From the human T2T-CHM13v2.0 reference genome, Homo sapiens, in assembly GCF_009914755.1 (NCBI RefSeq), contig NC_060947.1: DNA of 64,000 bases; one strand, given 5' to 3'. Each line of letters begins with the position of its first letter. Position 1 is the stretch's first letter. Shown here piece after piece: positions 1 to 16,683 of the stretch. The notes under the pieces were generated by a model. The model searched no databases. It was not told the DNA's origin and worked only from the letters and a program-made list of their open reading frames with translations. The translations under genes and the position numbers were made by a program.

Positions 1-886
1 TTTGTTTGCTTTTCAAATTCTCCCTAGCCAAAATGAGGCTTTAGTTAAAGTACCCAGAAAATCTAGGAGGCAGTGTGTTTGTTTAGTTTTAAAATAAAAC
101 TGAGTGTTGCTAGAGAAATCAACTTTAAAACATTTTCCCTCAAAACACAAGTTCCTGCTGCAAGCCAGCATAGAGGCCATGGATGGGGAACTGGAAGTTA
201 CTTGTTTTTTTTTTGTTTTTGTTTTTGTTTTTTTTTTGTGTGTGTCTCCTCTCTCAGGCTTGCCTCTCTCAGATGCTGTTTAGTGACACCTTGGCCACAA
301 TTTTGCAGGTGTAGATGAAACCACCTGATTGGATTTATTCAAATCACCAAAATAACAAATTGATTACCATTTGTAAAATCTACTCAGATAAAGCCACCTT
401 TGTTAGTCAGTCCTGGCCCTTGTGCATAGAAGGTGATAGGGATTCACAAAAGAGCAAGACCAATGCAGGAAGAAAATAATCTGCCTTGGTCTGTATAGAA
501 GTATCTGCTGAGTGGTGGTTTTAGTGATGGAATTATAGCCAGTGAAAATGGAGAAAAAAATATTTTTAAACCATAGCACTCCTATTCAGCTACCCCCTTA
601 TTCGATTCTGAACATGTATAGCTCACATAATTCACCCAATATTTATTTATAACTATGAGGAAGTCAGGAAAAAGAAGAGGTGGACAGATAATCAGGATTT
701 AGGATTAAATTGGACTACTCGCAGCATTTATTAAGTCCCAACTGAATATAAAGCATTGTATTAAGTGCTGAACAGGCCAAAAGAAAAATAGAAAACATAA
801 TCCTTCGGCTTCATGGCCTATCTAATTAAATAGCACGGGAGAGGAAATAAAGATAGTAGAAATCTACCACAGAAATTACTAAACTT

Positions 887-1578
<692 letters not shown>

Positions 1579-2199
1579 AATAGACTGAGGATCTTAAAGG
1601 AAGGGAAAGACTTAGTTCGAAGTGATTATTTTCTGATATAAAATATTTGTTTTTGAGTGATGATGGATTGGAATGAAATGAGACTGTTTTCCTTATTGTT
1701 CTTATGTCCCATGTATATTTTCAGCCCAATATATAATATTTACTAAAACAGTCAATACTGTCAGACTATTCAGTTGTTTAGTTTGTCTTTTCCCACTTTA
1801 TAAGTATAAATGGATAAGTAAATCAAGTATTATTACATAGAATTTTTCAAATTTATAGTTGTGACAAAATCTCTTCAGCTATAAAGAAATCTGTTAAAAC
1901 GTTGCAAAATATATAATTATTTTATTGTAGTTTCTATCCTAAGATTTCTATGAGTTTAAAAGAATCTAGGGGAAAAAAAAGAATTAGGGACTTTCTTTCT
2001 GACTGAAATGATCATTAAAGCTATCGTTTAGCCCAAAATATGAGTGCTCCTGTCTTGTAAATTTTGCATGCTTATTCTAGATGATAAAAGAATTGCTCAG
2101 AATCATTAATAATAAAAATTATAGCTCTTGCTAGCATGATCACATATTATTAAATAATACAGTATTTTAATTATAATCATGTTTTGAATATTTTCATAA

Positions 2200-2442
<243 letters not shown>

Positions 2443-2475
2443 TAGAGTTCTACTATGATTTTTTATAGAAGATGA

Positions 2476-3192
<717 letters not shown>

Positions 3193-3448
3193 GTTTAGTT
3201 AACTGTTAAAGAAATACACTGTTTTCTCAACTCATACTTAAAGAATAACATAACTGCTTCATGATTAAGAATTTTTAAAAAATTTATTCTGTGAAACATA
3301 TGCTTTAATATATCTTTAAATATATATCATATGTAAAATATGTAATAAGTTTTTCTTCTTACTGAAAAAAATGTTAATGTGATGGTGTTACTATAAATAG
3401 CTGTGGGTGTGGCTATAAATTTTACATACGTTACACTGTTGTCTATGA

Positions 3449-3792
<344 letters not shown>

Positions 3793-5173
3793 CTATTTAC
3801 TGTACTTTTAACATATATATTGAAATCTTACTGACATTAAATCCTGTTGGCTTGAAAAAGTAGAGTGCAAACTGTATGGATTTAGAAAACTCTAATTTAC
3901 TTCCACGGTATCATAAATCACTCTAGGAAACATAATATTGTTTCATAATAAATAATTTATCCTTTTCTTTTTACATTCCAATATAAATAAAATTATGATG
4001 TCATTTATCATCGGTCATTTTGGAAGGCTGACTTGGAGCTTTTATTCTTTTTCTACGGTATTCCCATTTGTCCTTTTTAAACAGAAAATGCCTGCCAGTG
4101 ACATCTGCTCACATTCCTTTAATTACAGTGATTTTCATACATGTAAATCTTGCTAGTTTTCTTCATGTGATTGTATCCTAAAGTAGATTTAACTCCTTTG
4201 CTTTAAGATGTAATTTATTGCTTACTGCAGTTTGCTTTGTTTTTGACACATTATAACATACCTCCACTTAGTGTAGTTGGCTCAGTTATGTGCCATTTTC
4301 ACTTTTTGTGAATGTTGATATTGACTTCACACAAATTAACTGGTATAATATATCCAAATAAAAAGATATCTTAAAAGTCCTCCAGTCCAATCAAGCTTGG
4401 TCAAGCCTTTAAAAATGCATTATCGCTGGGTTCTGGCTAACTACTTGCTTATGCCTGTAAGTGGGGAAAAGGATCTTATGCCACGTGGAGGAAAATGTCT
4501 TTAGCCATGATTTTAAATGATTCACTGGAAAAGTACAAAATGAACTTCCCCTCTCTGAAGCAAAAAGTTGTATATTTCTCCACTGCCTTTTCACATGAAA
4601 GAGAAAGAAAATTGGATTTTGCCAGTGGGATTCTCACCACCTAGAGGCAGAATTAAATATTTTATATCACAAATTTGGACACTTTTAACTTACTTTTTAA
4701 ATTCTTAGAGCAGTGTGTGTACACACGCAGGTATTGTTACCTGTAAATAAGTTAGACACTCTTTGAGTGTTTGAGGTTTTAAACTACAGGAAAGATTGAA
4801 ATGCCAAGCCTTATTACTCTTTCAATGACTTCTGAAGCTCTTTCCTCTTTGTTCAGAGGCTTCATACAGGCATTAAATGACGATAGAGTTTTCTCCATAA
4901 GAAGTTTGTTTACTTCGTGGGCTTGGTTAACCAAAGTTTCAATTCTAGAGTATTGGATGAGGATATAAAAGGTCCTTTGTCTGTTTTGTGCAGTTTCCAG
5001 GCAGCCTGTGTAAGAGTTCATTTATCAAATACATCCAAGTAGAGCATGTTTCCTATTAATGATGACACCAAGGTGAGGGATTGGAGGGAGCCTTAAGCCC
5101 TCATATTTTCCATCAGTTCTCTAAAGGGACCCCAAAGTAATAAACCAAAAAAAGAAAAGAATGTTTCCTATGA

Positions 5174-5610
<437 letters not shown>

Positions 5611-6526
5611 AGCAATGTCTCTTGTTATAATTACCATGAGACATTTTTCCTTTTCAGAACAAGAATGTTCAATATCTAACATTTACCCTGGGGCCTGTAT
5701 AGTTCTTGTACCCACTACAAGTAATGTTCATACCTAAGAGAACTGCAGATTCTACTTCTAGTTCGGCTGTGGGCAAATCCTTTTTCCTTTTTTGAAAAAG
5801 TAATCCACGTGCATGGTGAAAAACAAAAATCAAAATGCCTGTCTCCCATTCCTTACCTCCACTTACCAATTCATCTTTCCAGAAGCAACTACTCTTGTGA
5901 GTTTATTTATACTTCTATTTTATATAAGCACAAGCCTATATGACATATATGTATAAAATATAACAGAAACCATTATACATTTTTCTTTTTTCACTTAACA
6001 ATACAGCCTGAAGGTTAGATCTACCGCATTTTAAAAAGTAGCTGCATAGTATTCTATCATATGGATATACTTTATTTTATTTATCTAACTAGTCTTCTAT
6101 TAATAGATACTTAGGTTATATTCTCTGTTGTGCAGGCAAAATTTTTAACATATTTGGCAATGACTGTATGTTTTCCTGTGTTCCTGCTTCCCTGAGAGAA
6201 TTGTAATTTCTCTTCCCCTAGAGATCACTCATTATCAGAACTAAAATGGACTCCTATTTAGAAGCCATAATATTAATAATAGCAGCTAAAATTTATTGAG
6301 GACTCACTATATGCCGAACACTATTTTAAATACCTCACATTAATTGATATCATTATTATTACCCCCATTTTACCAAAGAGAAAACTGTAGTTAAGTGACT
6401 TGATTGTAATCAAGTAGCTAGTAATGGGAGAGCTGGGTTTTGCGCATGTCTCTAACTGCAAAATCTGTGCTGTCAGCCACTAGCTATACTGCCTTTTAAA
6501 TCTCAACTTGGGACATTGAAAAATTA

Positions 6527-6922
<396 letters not shown>

Positions 6923-8216
6923 TCATGGTAACTGTATTCACATATTTAAAGGGTTGCCATGCAAAAGTAGAAATAGACTTATTCTTTGTAGCTCCAAAGG
7001 GCAGAGCTATACCTAGGAGGTAGAACTTAGGAGGAGTGTATTTCAGATAAAGGACCTTCCTAATAGAACCCATGAAACGGCTTGAGTTTTAAAGAAGTTT
7101 AAAAAACTATTTGTCAAGGATACATGTAAGGGCCATTCATTCCTGCCTTCAGCAGGAAGTTGGACTAGGTTAGTGGTTCTGAAACATTTATGCACATCAG
7201 CATCATCTGGACCAGTCCAGACCTGGTAAATCAGAATCTTCTGGTGGTAGAGACTATTACTGACGGGGTACTATGTTGGAAGAAAGTCTGTTAAGAAGGG
7301 AAGGGTTTTTGAAATTCACAAATGAAGTGCAAATGGCCAATTAACACGTGACAAATTGTTCAACCTCAATAGTAAATGCAAACTAAAACAATAGTAAGAG
7401 ACCAGTAATCTTCTACATTCTACATATTGACCATTTTGCCCTAGAGGGCCTTATCTAATTCTCCAGAAAAACCTCCTAAAGTCATGAAAGATAGAGGGCA
7501 ATGCTTGTGCTACCACAGCCACTATTTTCTCTGATTTGAGTGTATATACATATCTGGCGAGGAATGTCTATAAGCTGAGGAAAGAAATAAATTTGTATAA
7601 GAGGTACCACATTAATTAAGAGCCCTGGTGGCCAGTTTTATTTACATATTTACAAATATATCAATCTCCCAAGTCTTAAAATTGACTTAGGGGACCAAGT
7701 TCATATTATTGTAATTGTAGCTTTAATGGAAGCAAAAAATGTTTCCTGAATGAATACAGTAACTTACCATTTTTTCACTTCTTCCACTTACTCATTCATT
7801 CCTTCAGCTAATATGTATTGACCATCTGCTATGTGCCCAGGCATTGGGGATGAAGCAGTGAACAAGACAGACACTGTCCCTGCTCTCATGAAGCTCAACG
7901 CTCACTGGAGCTGAAAAACAGGAATAATATCATCTGCTTTATAGGCCAACTTCTATTTTTTACAAAAACCTTTTACTTCATGTCATTATGTTTGAGGGAT
8001 GTAATTTGAGTCTGTATCATGGATAAATCCAAAGGCCAACAAAGTTCTGTGGTAATTAGTTTTCAGACTATAAGTATAAAGAGATTCATGCTTCAGTAAT
8101 TTGTTATGGATGTTAGCCTACTTTTTAGTCTTTAAATTGATATATGAAGCCAACTCCATTTATTTGTAATATATACATATTATATACGTATTAAGCTTTC
8201 AATAATTATTTTTCAG

Positions 8217-8333
8217 AACCAACAAGCCAAAATAGCACAATTGTACCTCCCCTTTGTTGGACTACTTTTGGAAAATATACAGCGATTAGCAGGTCGAGAT
8301 ACCTTGTATTCTTGTGCAGCCATGCCTAATTCT
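8217..8333 (+). CDS. DOCK11: DOCK11 exon ([24 protein letters not shown]...AAMPNS)
   Basis: tttttcag acceptor, gtaagt donor; 117 nt, phase 0->0. Confidence 0.93.
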
Positions 8334-8432
8334 GTAAGTAGTAATGTGTTTCTGTTGGAGTTTTATCCTATTTTATTGAATGCATTTGGAATTGGGGTCA
8401 TATGCTATATGATCTCAACCTTAAGAGTTCAC

Positions 8433-9133
8433 TTTTTTTTTTTTTTTTTTTTTTGAGCCAGAGTCTCGCTCTATCACCCAGGCTGGAGTGTAGTGGCACA
8501 ATCATAGTTCACTGTAGTCTCAAACTCCTGTGCTCAAGTGATCCTCCTGCTTTGGCCTCCCGAGTGGCTGGGACTACAGGCATACGCCACCATGCCCAGC
8601 TAATGTTTTTCATTTTTAGCAGAGACAGGGTCTCACTGTGCAGCCCAGGCTGATCTCAAACTCCTGAGCTCAAGGAATCCTCCCCTCTCAGCCCCGTGAA
8701 GTGCTGGGATTACAGGCATGAGCCACCGTGCCCAGCCAAGAGTTCAGTTTTTACTCCATGTACACTGTTTTTCCTAATACAGTGCTTTGCAAACTTTAAT
8801 CTGCATATGAATCACCTGGGGAATTTGTTAAAACAGGTTTTTTTTTTTTTGAGACAGAGTCTCGCTCTGTCGCCCAGGCTGGAGTGCAGTGGCGTGATCT
8901 CGGCTCACTGCAACCTCCGCCTCCTGTGTTCAAGGGATTCTCCTGCCTCAGCCTCCTGAATAGCTGGGACTACAGGTGCCCGCCACCATGCCTGGCTAAT
9001 TTTTTTGTATATTTAGTAGAGACGGTGTTTCACCATGTTAGCCAGGCTGGTCTGGAACATCTGACCTCAGGTGATCTACCCACCACGGCCCCCAAAGTGC
9101 TAGGATTACAGGCGTGAGGCACCACACCTAGCC
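8433..9133 (-). mobile_element. Two Alus (8433-8737 AluJ-like; 8838-9133 AluS, inserted into a MER5A spanning ~8780-9230)
   Basis: Alu consensus; MER5A-like gcatatgaatcacctgggga...gcatttctaacaagct on either side. Confidence 0.8.
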
Positions 9134-9743
9134 AACAGATTTTAATTCAATAGACCTGGGGTGGGACTTGAGAGCATGCATTTCTAACAAGCTTTTGGCT
9201 GCTTCTGGTCCAAAGATTGCACTTTGGAAAACAAATTCCAAGAGAACACCACAAATCCTTTGAACGCTGTGTTTTCGTTCTTAACATTTTCTGTTGTTGT
9301 ATGGCTTCATACATTTATTCAACTTAAACTGAACAAAAGATTCTCTACTTCCAAGATATTAGGCACTGGGGACTAAACTGTATTCCTTTGCTTCTCCTTT
9401 CCCTTAGTAGTCTCCTTCAGCACTTCTTGGTGAGACTCTTTTAGTTTATCACAATTGGTCTGTGCTTTTTTTGCTCCCCTTAGAATTTTAAGAATTAGAA
9501 GGAACTTTGGAGGTGATCAGTCTCCTATTTGGCAAAACAACCTTTTGCCATTGTAATAATTTAAACATTCCTTCTCACATTAGACCTAAAAGGTTTTCTA
9601 TCCACTGGTCTTACTTTTGTCTTCTAGAGACACATGAAACACATCTGTTCCCACCTCCAAATGTACCCTTTCCACTTGTGCCTTCTAAATTTTTCTCCAA
9701 GCCACCAAATATCTCCACTAATCTGTCATTCCAAATCCTTTAC

Positions 9744-10048
9744 TTTTTTTTTTTTTTTTTTGAGACAGAGTCTAAGTCTGTCACCCAGGCTAAAGTGCAG
9801 TGGCATGATCTCAGCTCACTGCAATCTCTGCCTCCTGGGTTCAAGTGATTCTCCTGCCTCAGCCTCCTGAGTAGCTGGGACTACAGGCATGCGCCACCAC
9901 GCCCGGCTAATTTTTTTTGTACTTTTAGTAGAGACGGGGGGTTTCACCATGTTGGCCAGGCTGGTCTTGAAATCCTGACCTCAAGTGATCTGCCTGCCTC
10001 AGCCTCCCAAAGTGCTGGAATTATAGGCATGAGCCACTGTGCCCGGTC
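9744..10048 (-). mobile_element. AluS
   Basis: Reverse Alu consensus. Confidence 0.9.
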
Positions 10049-10625
10049 CCCAAAACCCTTTGCTTTCGTGGTCACCCCTTTTCCAAATATGCTTCAGTTT
10101 ACCAGTAACCCTATTAAAATACAATGTCCAAATTATACACTTTATAGTCTGCCCAGTGGACTGTTAACTTCTGCCCCCATCCATGTTCTGTATGGCCCAA
10201 GATCACCTTTGCACTTTGGCTGGCCACGTAATATTGTTGGGTAGCAGGTTAAACTGTGTCATTTACAGCTTCCTCTGCAAATTCCCCCTATGAAATGCTA
10301 CAGCCAATTTGTCATGCCTGTCCTGTGTTCCTGAGGACGTTGCTTTTAAGCTTTTCTAGTGGCTTGCTTCCCTGTGACTCCCAGTCATGTCAACTGGCTG
10401 AATGTGGATACTACACCTACCTGAGTGTCAGGCTGGTCTCACTTTACAAATACAGTATCTCATGCTTATGCTCCCTCCACATAGATTTGACAGCATTATT
10501 TGGAAATATTTCACTTCTCTGTATTCTTTGCAGCTCAAGTTTCCCTAGGGCTTCTGGTCACACACCTTCTTCTAGCATTGCCCTGGTTCTAAGGAGGAGA
10601 ACTGAATCATGTTAAGACTTTACCA

Positions 10626-10924
10626 GGCTGGGCGCCGTGGCACATGCCTGTAATCCCAGCACTTGGGGAGGCCAAGGCAGGAGGATCACTTGAGTCCAGG
10701 AGTTTGAGACCAACCTAGGCAACATGGGAAAACCCCATCTCTAAAAAAATGAAAAATTAGCTGGGTGTGGTGGTGTATACCTGTAGTCCTGGCTAATCTG
10801 GAGGCTGAAGTGAGAGGGTCACTTGAGCCCAGGAGGTTGAGGCTACAGTGAGCTATGATCATGCCACCGCACTCTAGCCTGGACTACACAGCAAGACCCT
10901 GTCTCAGAAAACGAAAACAAAAAA
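10626..10924 (+). mobile_element. AluJ-like
   Basis: Alu consensus with J-type gaggatcacttgag. Confidence 0.85.
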
Positions 10925-11157
10925 GACTGTACCAGTTGCAGCTGTACCAGTTGCAGCTATCTAGAATTATGTCACTTGGCTAGAGGTCATGGTTACAACA
11001 GTATGCTAGTAGCTTTTTTTTTTTAAAAAAGAGTCACCTAAATACTAATTACTAGTATCTGATTTAGACTTTCACAGTGAGCTTTGTTTAAAATCAATGT
11101 AACATTTTATTCTGTTAATTCAGATTTCTTATCCTATATACGAATTTGTTTAAATGA

Positions 11158-11262
<105 letters not shown>

Positions 11263-11840
11263 TAAACCTTTTGGAGATGATACATTGCGTGGGTGTTTAG
11301 ACATGTACCCTCTACTTCTCAGTATTTTTGATATATTTCATAATAAAGACCATACATAGCTTGATCTCTACTAAAGTTTAATTAAAATCTGACTTATACT
11401 TGCAGTCAAATTTATTTGCCTAGGTTTCCTTGTCTAAGCTTATTTAGAACATAGCTTGGCATACTGAGAAAATAGAGGATAATGAGAAAAATACTGGTTT
11501 CCACTCTTCTTATCTGTCACCAGTTTTAAGCCAGATACTCCCATCTATGGGCTCAAGTTTCCTTGTCTATAAAATTGTCTTTTAAATTGTGTGGCTTTAT
11601 TTTACGGCTTCCAAGGAATTTCTTGTCATTTTGTACATGCTAAAGTGTTTTGAAAGGTGAAAAGTTGCTTCACTTTTACATGGTTTCTTATGGTGTTTTG
11701 ATATAATAAACTTCACATTTTAGATGTCCAAGATCTATTCCCTACATTAATGTCTCTACTTAAATTAGTTCCGTACTTTTTAAATATTTCTGACAGTTCC
11801 CCCTCTTGCCAACAAGGGCTTGACTTTTTTTTTTCCCCAG

Positions 11841-11950
11841 CTTATGGGTCTTTTCAAAATGGACATGGAATTAAGAGAGAAGATTCAAGAGGTTCCCTCA
11901 TCCCAGAAGGAGCAACAGGATTTCCAGATCAGGGCAACACTGGTGAAAAT
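11841..11950 (+). CDS. DOCK11: DOCK11 exon ([20 protein letters not shown]...NTGEN)
   Basis: Long pyrimidine tract plus ccccag acceptor, gtaaga donor; 110 nt, phase 1->0. Confidence 0.9.
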
Positions 11951-12679
11951 GTAAGAACTTAAATATATAGGATGACCCTAGTGACACATTAGCCTGCAAC
12001 AATTTTTTTATAGTATAAATATGAGCATCTGTACTCACCTGTAGTCCATCCTGGCTCTGCGAAAAGCATCCCATAATTCTTAGATATTTTAGCAGTATCT
12101 TCCTATAGTGGCAGCTGCTACTTCAATGTCTTAAACTATTTATAGAGAATAAGGCATTCATCCTCAAGAGTTCTAACTCTGAATATCTCCTTTAACCCTA
12201 GCACGCTATTTTAGTGAGGAGAAATTCAAGTTTAAAATATCTAATGTGCCTTGTTATTTAAAACGAAGCACATCCTGGCAGGATTAATGCAGTCTTTCAT
12301 TCTTTTGTAATAGAGTAATGATATTAATTTGGGAGGAAAAAATATAGGTCCCAAAATTGACAATCTTAGGGTCCCAGCATCACTTAATCAGAATATATCC
12401 TCCCAACTCTTCTATCAAGTCGTTTCACGCCTACCATTAAAGTTTGAGATGTGACTGCCTTAAGGCAGAAAGACCTCATTTTAGACGAGTAAAGTTTTGC
12501 CATGTTGTTATGTAAAATCATTGAATCGTATAAAATTATATTAGAAGGGACTATAAGAACAATAAATTCCAACTCTCAATTTACAAATGAAAATTGGGAT
12601 TATGACTTAGAACAACCAGCTATGGCAGGACCATACTCGAACCCAGATTTTCTAATATGAGCACTTTGTCTCCTATATC

Positions 12680-12855
12680 ATGGTGCTCTTAGTGTACATC
12701 AGCATCACCTGGAGGGCTTAAAAAATAGATGTCTGGGCCTCACCCCAGGGTGAGATTCAGTAAGTCTGGAATAGGGCCTGCTAACATGTATTTCTAAGTT
12801 CCCAGGTGATGTTGATGCTGCTGGTTGGGTATTGTTACCCTTGAGAACCAGTGGA
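12680..12855. mobile_element. MER5A hAT MITE
   Basis: catcagcatcacctggagggctt...ttcccaggtgatgttgatgctgctgg...ttgagaacca. Confidence 0.7.
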
Positions 12856-13334
12856 CTATACTTCCACTGGTTCCTTGAGCCTTTGGGTAAACAGTAATTT
12901 ATTCACAAATGTTTCTCTTTTACACCATTTAGAAATTGTGACAACAGGTACTGTCATAGCTAAGGCAAATAAAGGTCAGAGAGGTTGAATGACTTGCTAG
13001 TAGTCACATAGTAGCTAGGCAAGCAATCAGAACCTAGGTCTGTTTGCTCCAAGTAAAAGTTCTTCCTTAGTAAATTCCACCCTAGTCAATGGTGCATCCC
13101 CAGTTTAGCTCAACTGAAAGTATTAGTTTTTAAATTTTTTAGATTATTGTTATTCTATTCATATAAATCCCCAAATAAGTCAGATCTTGTCATGCTTAAT
13201 TTCTGATATTTTTTAAAAAGTCATTAAATAATAGGAACACATCAGTACTTTGTAGAGGTACTAATTTTGAAGTATTATTGGGTACTCCTAAGTGTAATTA
13301 TCGTAATATAATTAGCCCATTTTTTAATTTATTT

Positions 13335-13629
13335 ATAGTTTTTAGAAATAGGGTCTTGCTCTGTCACCCAGGCTGGAGTGCAGTGACACGATCAGTGCTC
13401 ACTGCAGCCTTGAACTCCTGGGCTCAAGCAGTCTTCCTGCCTCAGCCTCCTGAGTAGCTAGGACTACAGGCATGCACCATCACACCCAGCTAAATTTTTT
13501 TTTTTTTTTTTTTGTAGAGACAGGTTTTGCTATATTGCCCAGGCTGGTATTAAACTCCTGGCCTCAAGTGATCCTCCCACCTGAGCGTCCCAAAACGCTG
13601 GGTCTACAGGTGTGGGCTACTGCGCCTGG
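13335..13629 (-). mobile_element. AluJ-like
   Basis: Reverse Alu consensus. Confidence 0.85.
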
Positions 13630-14025
13630 TTTTATTAGCCCTTAAGATAGATTTTCTAATGTATGATTTGGAGGTTGGATTTTAATAAACTCTAAGGAAA
13701 GATTCAAATGAAAAAGTTTAAGATGTTTCTTATGCTTTCACTCCATGTAAAAGCTATCTTTCCTTAAATAGCCATGATTATTTTAAAATTTTACCACTAA
13801 AACACATGGCATATGAGAATGAAACACAGTATTCATGGCTATATCTTTGTGAAGACTCCAAGGTAATTTCTAGTGATATTACTAGCTATTACTAGGAAAG
13901 AAAGATTCAGCCCATTCACCTTCAAGTTGTGATATAAAATTTAGATTTATGTTTAGAATTTTCCCAAACAGATCTAATGATAAAAAAAGAGTTACTGAGT
14001 TAAAGGCTGTGGAAAATTGTACTGA

Positions 14026-14184
<159 letters not shown>

Positions 14185-15639
14185 TAAGCATGGACTGTAC
14201 TAGACATACACCCTCACAGGTTCACAAATTCATGCAACAATATTTGATCATCATCTGGAGGCAGAGCACATGCACATTATAAACAGTTATTTGGAGACTC
14301 TGACTTTAAAATGTTTCTTAAATTGAACTTCAAAATAGGTTCATGTCAGTCACACAAGTTCGAGTCTTTGAAATAATTTTAACATAATTTTGCAAATGAA
14401 TTTCTAAAATGAGGCAATGGTTTTAGAAGTGCTAAACATTTTGTTTTCATGCAGAGCATTTAATTCATTAAATGACCAATGTAACTGAAAGGAAATAATA
14501 ACCACCAGAATTCATATTTAATACTTCAGCTTTTATTTAACCCAGGATTTGACAAATAAGAAACAAAAAGACAGGAAGAGTTCTTGAAGGGTAGGGAATG
14601 TCATCATTATCTTTGCAGCAACACTGTATGATATTGTCTGGTATCGCGTTCTTTGTCGGGCTCTGTTTTTTCTCCTTGGTATAGAGCCGTATTTACTAGT
14701 GTCACCAGTTCCTCTTTACACTATATGATGGAATACAACCGAAGGACTTTCATAAACTGCATGTCCTCGGGAAGTAAAAGCAGGTTATTTCCAAATACCA
14801 CATTTACTTAGACAGTTCCCTCCCTTCTCTTCCTTTTCGCAATACTTTTGCTTAAAAAAAAAAAATGCAAAAATGGAAAACATAAAAGCACCTGGGATCA
14901 TCATAGTGATTGCTATCTTTTACTCATTTTCTATTTTTTTATTTTTAGTAATTATTTCGTTTTAAATATTTTATAATAATGCAGGATGTAAAGACATAAA
15001 ATAAGTTGATATCTAAGTAGCTATAGAAACATTAAAATAAATAGCTAGATATGAGTAAATTCTAAAGTTCATTAATAAAATAAAAATAACTGGAATATTC
15101 AAGTTCTAGGAATGTACGATTTAGCATAAATATCAAACATTATGTTGTGGAATCTGGAAATTGCTAACATTTATGGAGTTTCTTCTTAAGGCAATGAAAA
15201 TGTTCTAAAACTGTGGTGAAGGTTTCCTTAGTCTTTGAATAAACTATAAACTATTGTAATATTGTGGGCTATTTATGTGGGCATTTTTATGATAAATGAA
15301 TCTCTCAGTAAATGTTTTTTTTTAAAAAGAGGCCCAATCTTTATCTGTTCTCCACTCCCATTGCCACTTGACTAGCCTTAAAAAAAATAGGTCCAAGAGA
15401 TACATTAGAAAAAAAGCAGAAGTGAACAAAAAAGCGGTTGAATACCACCACAGCCCAAAGAATGAGGGAAAGAGAGAGAAGGTAGGAGGAGGGGAAAAGC
15501 TGCATTGCTGACTAGTTCTCTCCCCTCCTCCACTGTAGGTCTCACACACACATACACACACATATACATCACATTCTATACTAACCAGAGACAAGTCTCT
15601 GGTTGTTATTTTTAATGTCATGGGTAAAACCATGACTGT

Positions 15640-15930
<291 letters not shown>

Positions 15931-16438
15931 ATGACTGTTTTATTTCTTGTGAACTTGATAGTTCCTCTTATTCTTGCAAATGTTGACCATGCTTGCTCAG
16001 TGGCAGTACTCTGTGCCGAATATTCAGTCTTTGTTAATTAGGTTTTGTAGTCTTCTGCTCTTGCTTTTTGATTTTAAAAAGCACATTTTCAATAACTAGT
16101 ATACAGTCTATGTCACATCTGTTTATCTTTTATATGTATAAAGTCATGCTGTATATCTGTAAAGTCATATTCATTTTGTTCTAAGAAATGTCTTCTAGAT
16201 CCTTCTCAATGGATGTATTCTAATTACTTTGTCTTGTCCGGTAAATATTGTTTTAGTTACTCTATATGCATTTAAATATTTATCTCTTTCAAGTCCACAA
16301 TCTTGAGGTCCTCTCTTGGCTTTCTTTTTTATTGAGTCATAAACAGTAGCAACTTTAATGTCAATGAAAAGATGTTCTATCTCTACACTTTTATATGGAT
16401 TCTGGAGAATAAATTTCATTCTCTACTTATAGCTGCAT

Positions 16439-16520
16439 TTTATTAATTGACAAAAATTTGCTATTTCAAAGTCTTAGATTCATTTGCCAAACATTTTCAG
16501 GCCTTACTGCTTAGTTTATT
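16439..16520 (-). terminator. Two AATAAA poly(A) signals for the - strand ORF (16515-16520, 16439-16444)
   Basis: TTTATT on the + strand about 165 and 240 nt past the stop codon. The hexamer is common in AT-rich DNA. Confidence 0.35.
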
Positions 16521-16630
16521 ATATCGTGAGAAAAGGAATAAGAGTCAGGAGTTACCAGTTACGAAGTCTGAATTGACAAGAAGACTGTTCTGTTGGAAAA
16601 GTAAAACATTGTTGCTTCCTTAAGAGAGAA

Positions 16631-16680
16631 GGTGGTGGGGGGCGGTGGGGGGGGGGGTGAGGGGGGTGGGGGGGATGGGG
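16631..16680 (+). repeat. G-rich low-complexity tract, potential G-quadruplex
   Basis: ggtggtggggggcggtgggggggggggtgaggggggtgggggggatgggg; five runs of four or more G. Confidence 0.8.
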
Positions 16681-16683
16681 AAG

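Noticed and set aside
10927-10958. 15-bp tandem duplication ctgtaccagttgcag after an Alu tail
   Set aside because: Small local slippage duplication at an Alu target site with no sign of function.
15391-15481. Purine-rich + strand segment (…AEVNKKAVEYHHSPKNEGKREK|gtagga) resembling a cryptic DOCK11 exon or an inverted CtIP piece (VKQKAFVE)
   Set aside because: No pyrimidine tract before the AG, the flanking DOCK11 exons already join in phase, and the similarity to CtIP is too weak to support.
16195-16419. 74-aa - strand ORF as an independent gene
   Set aside because: It is a frame-open fragment of the decayed CtIP copy, bounded by frameshifts and stops.
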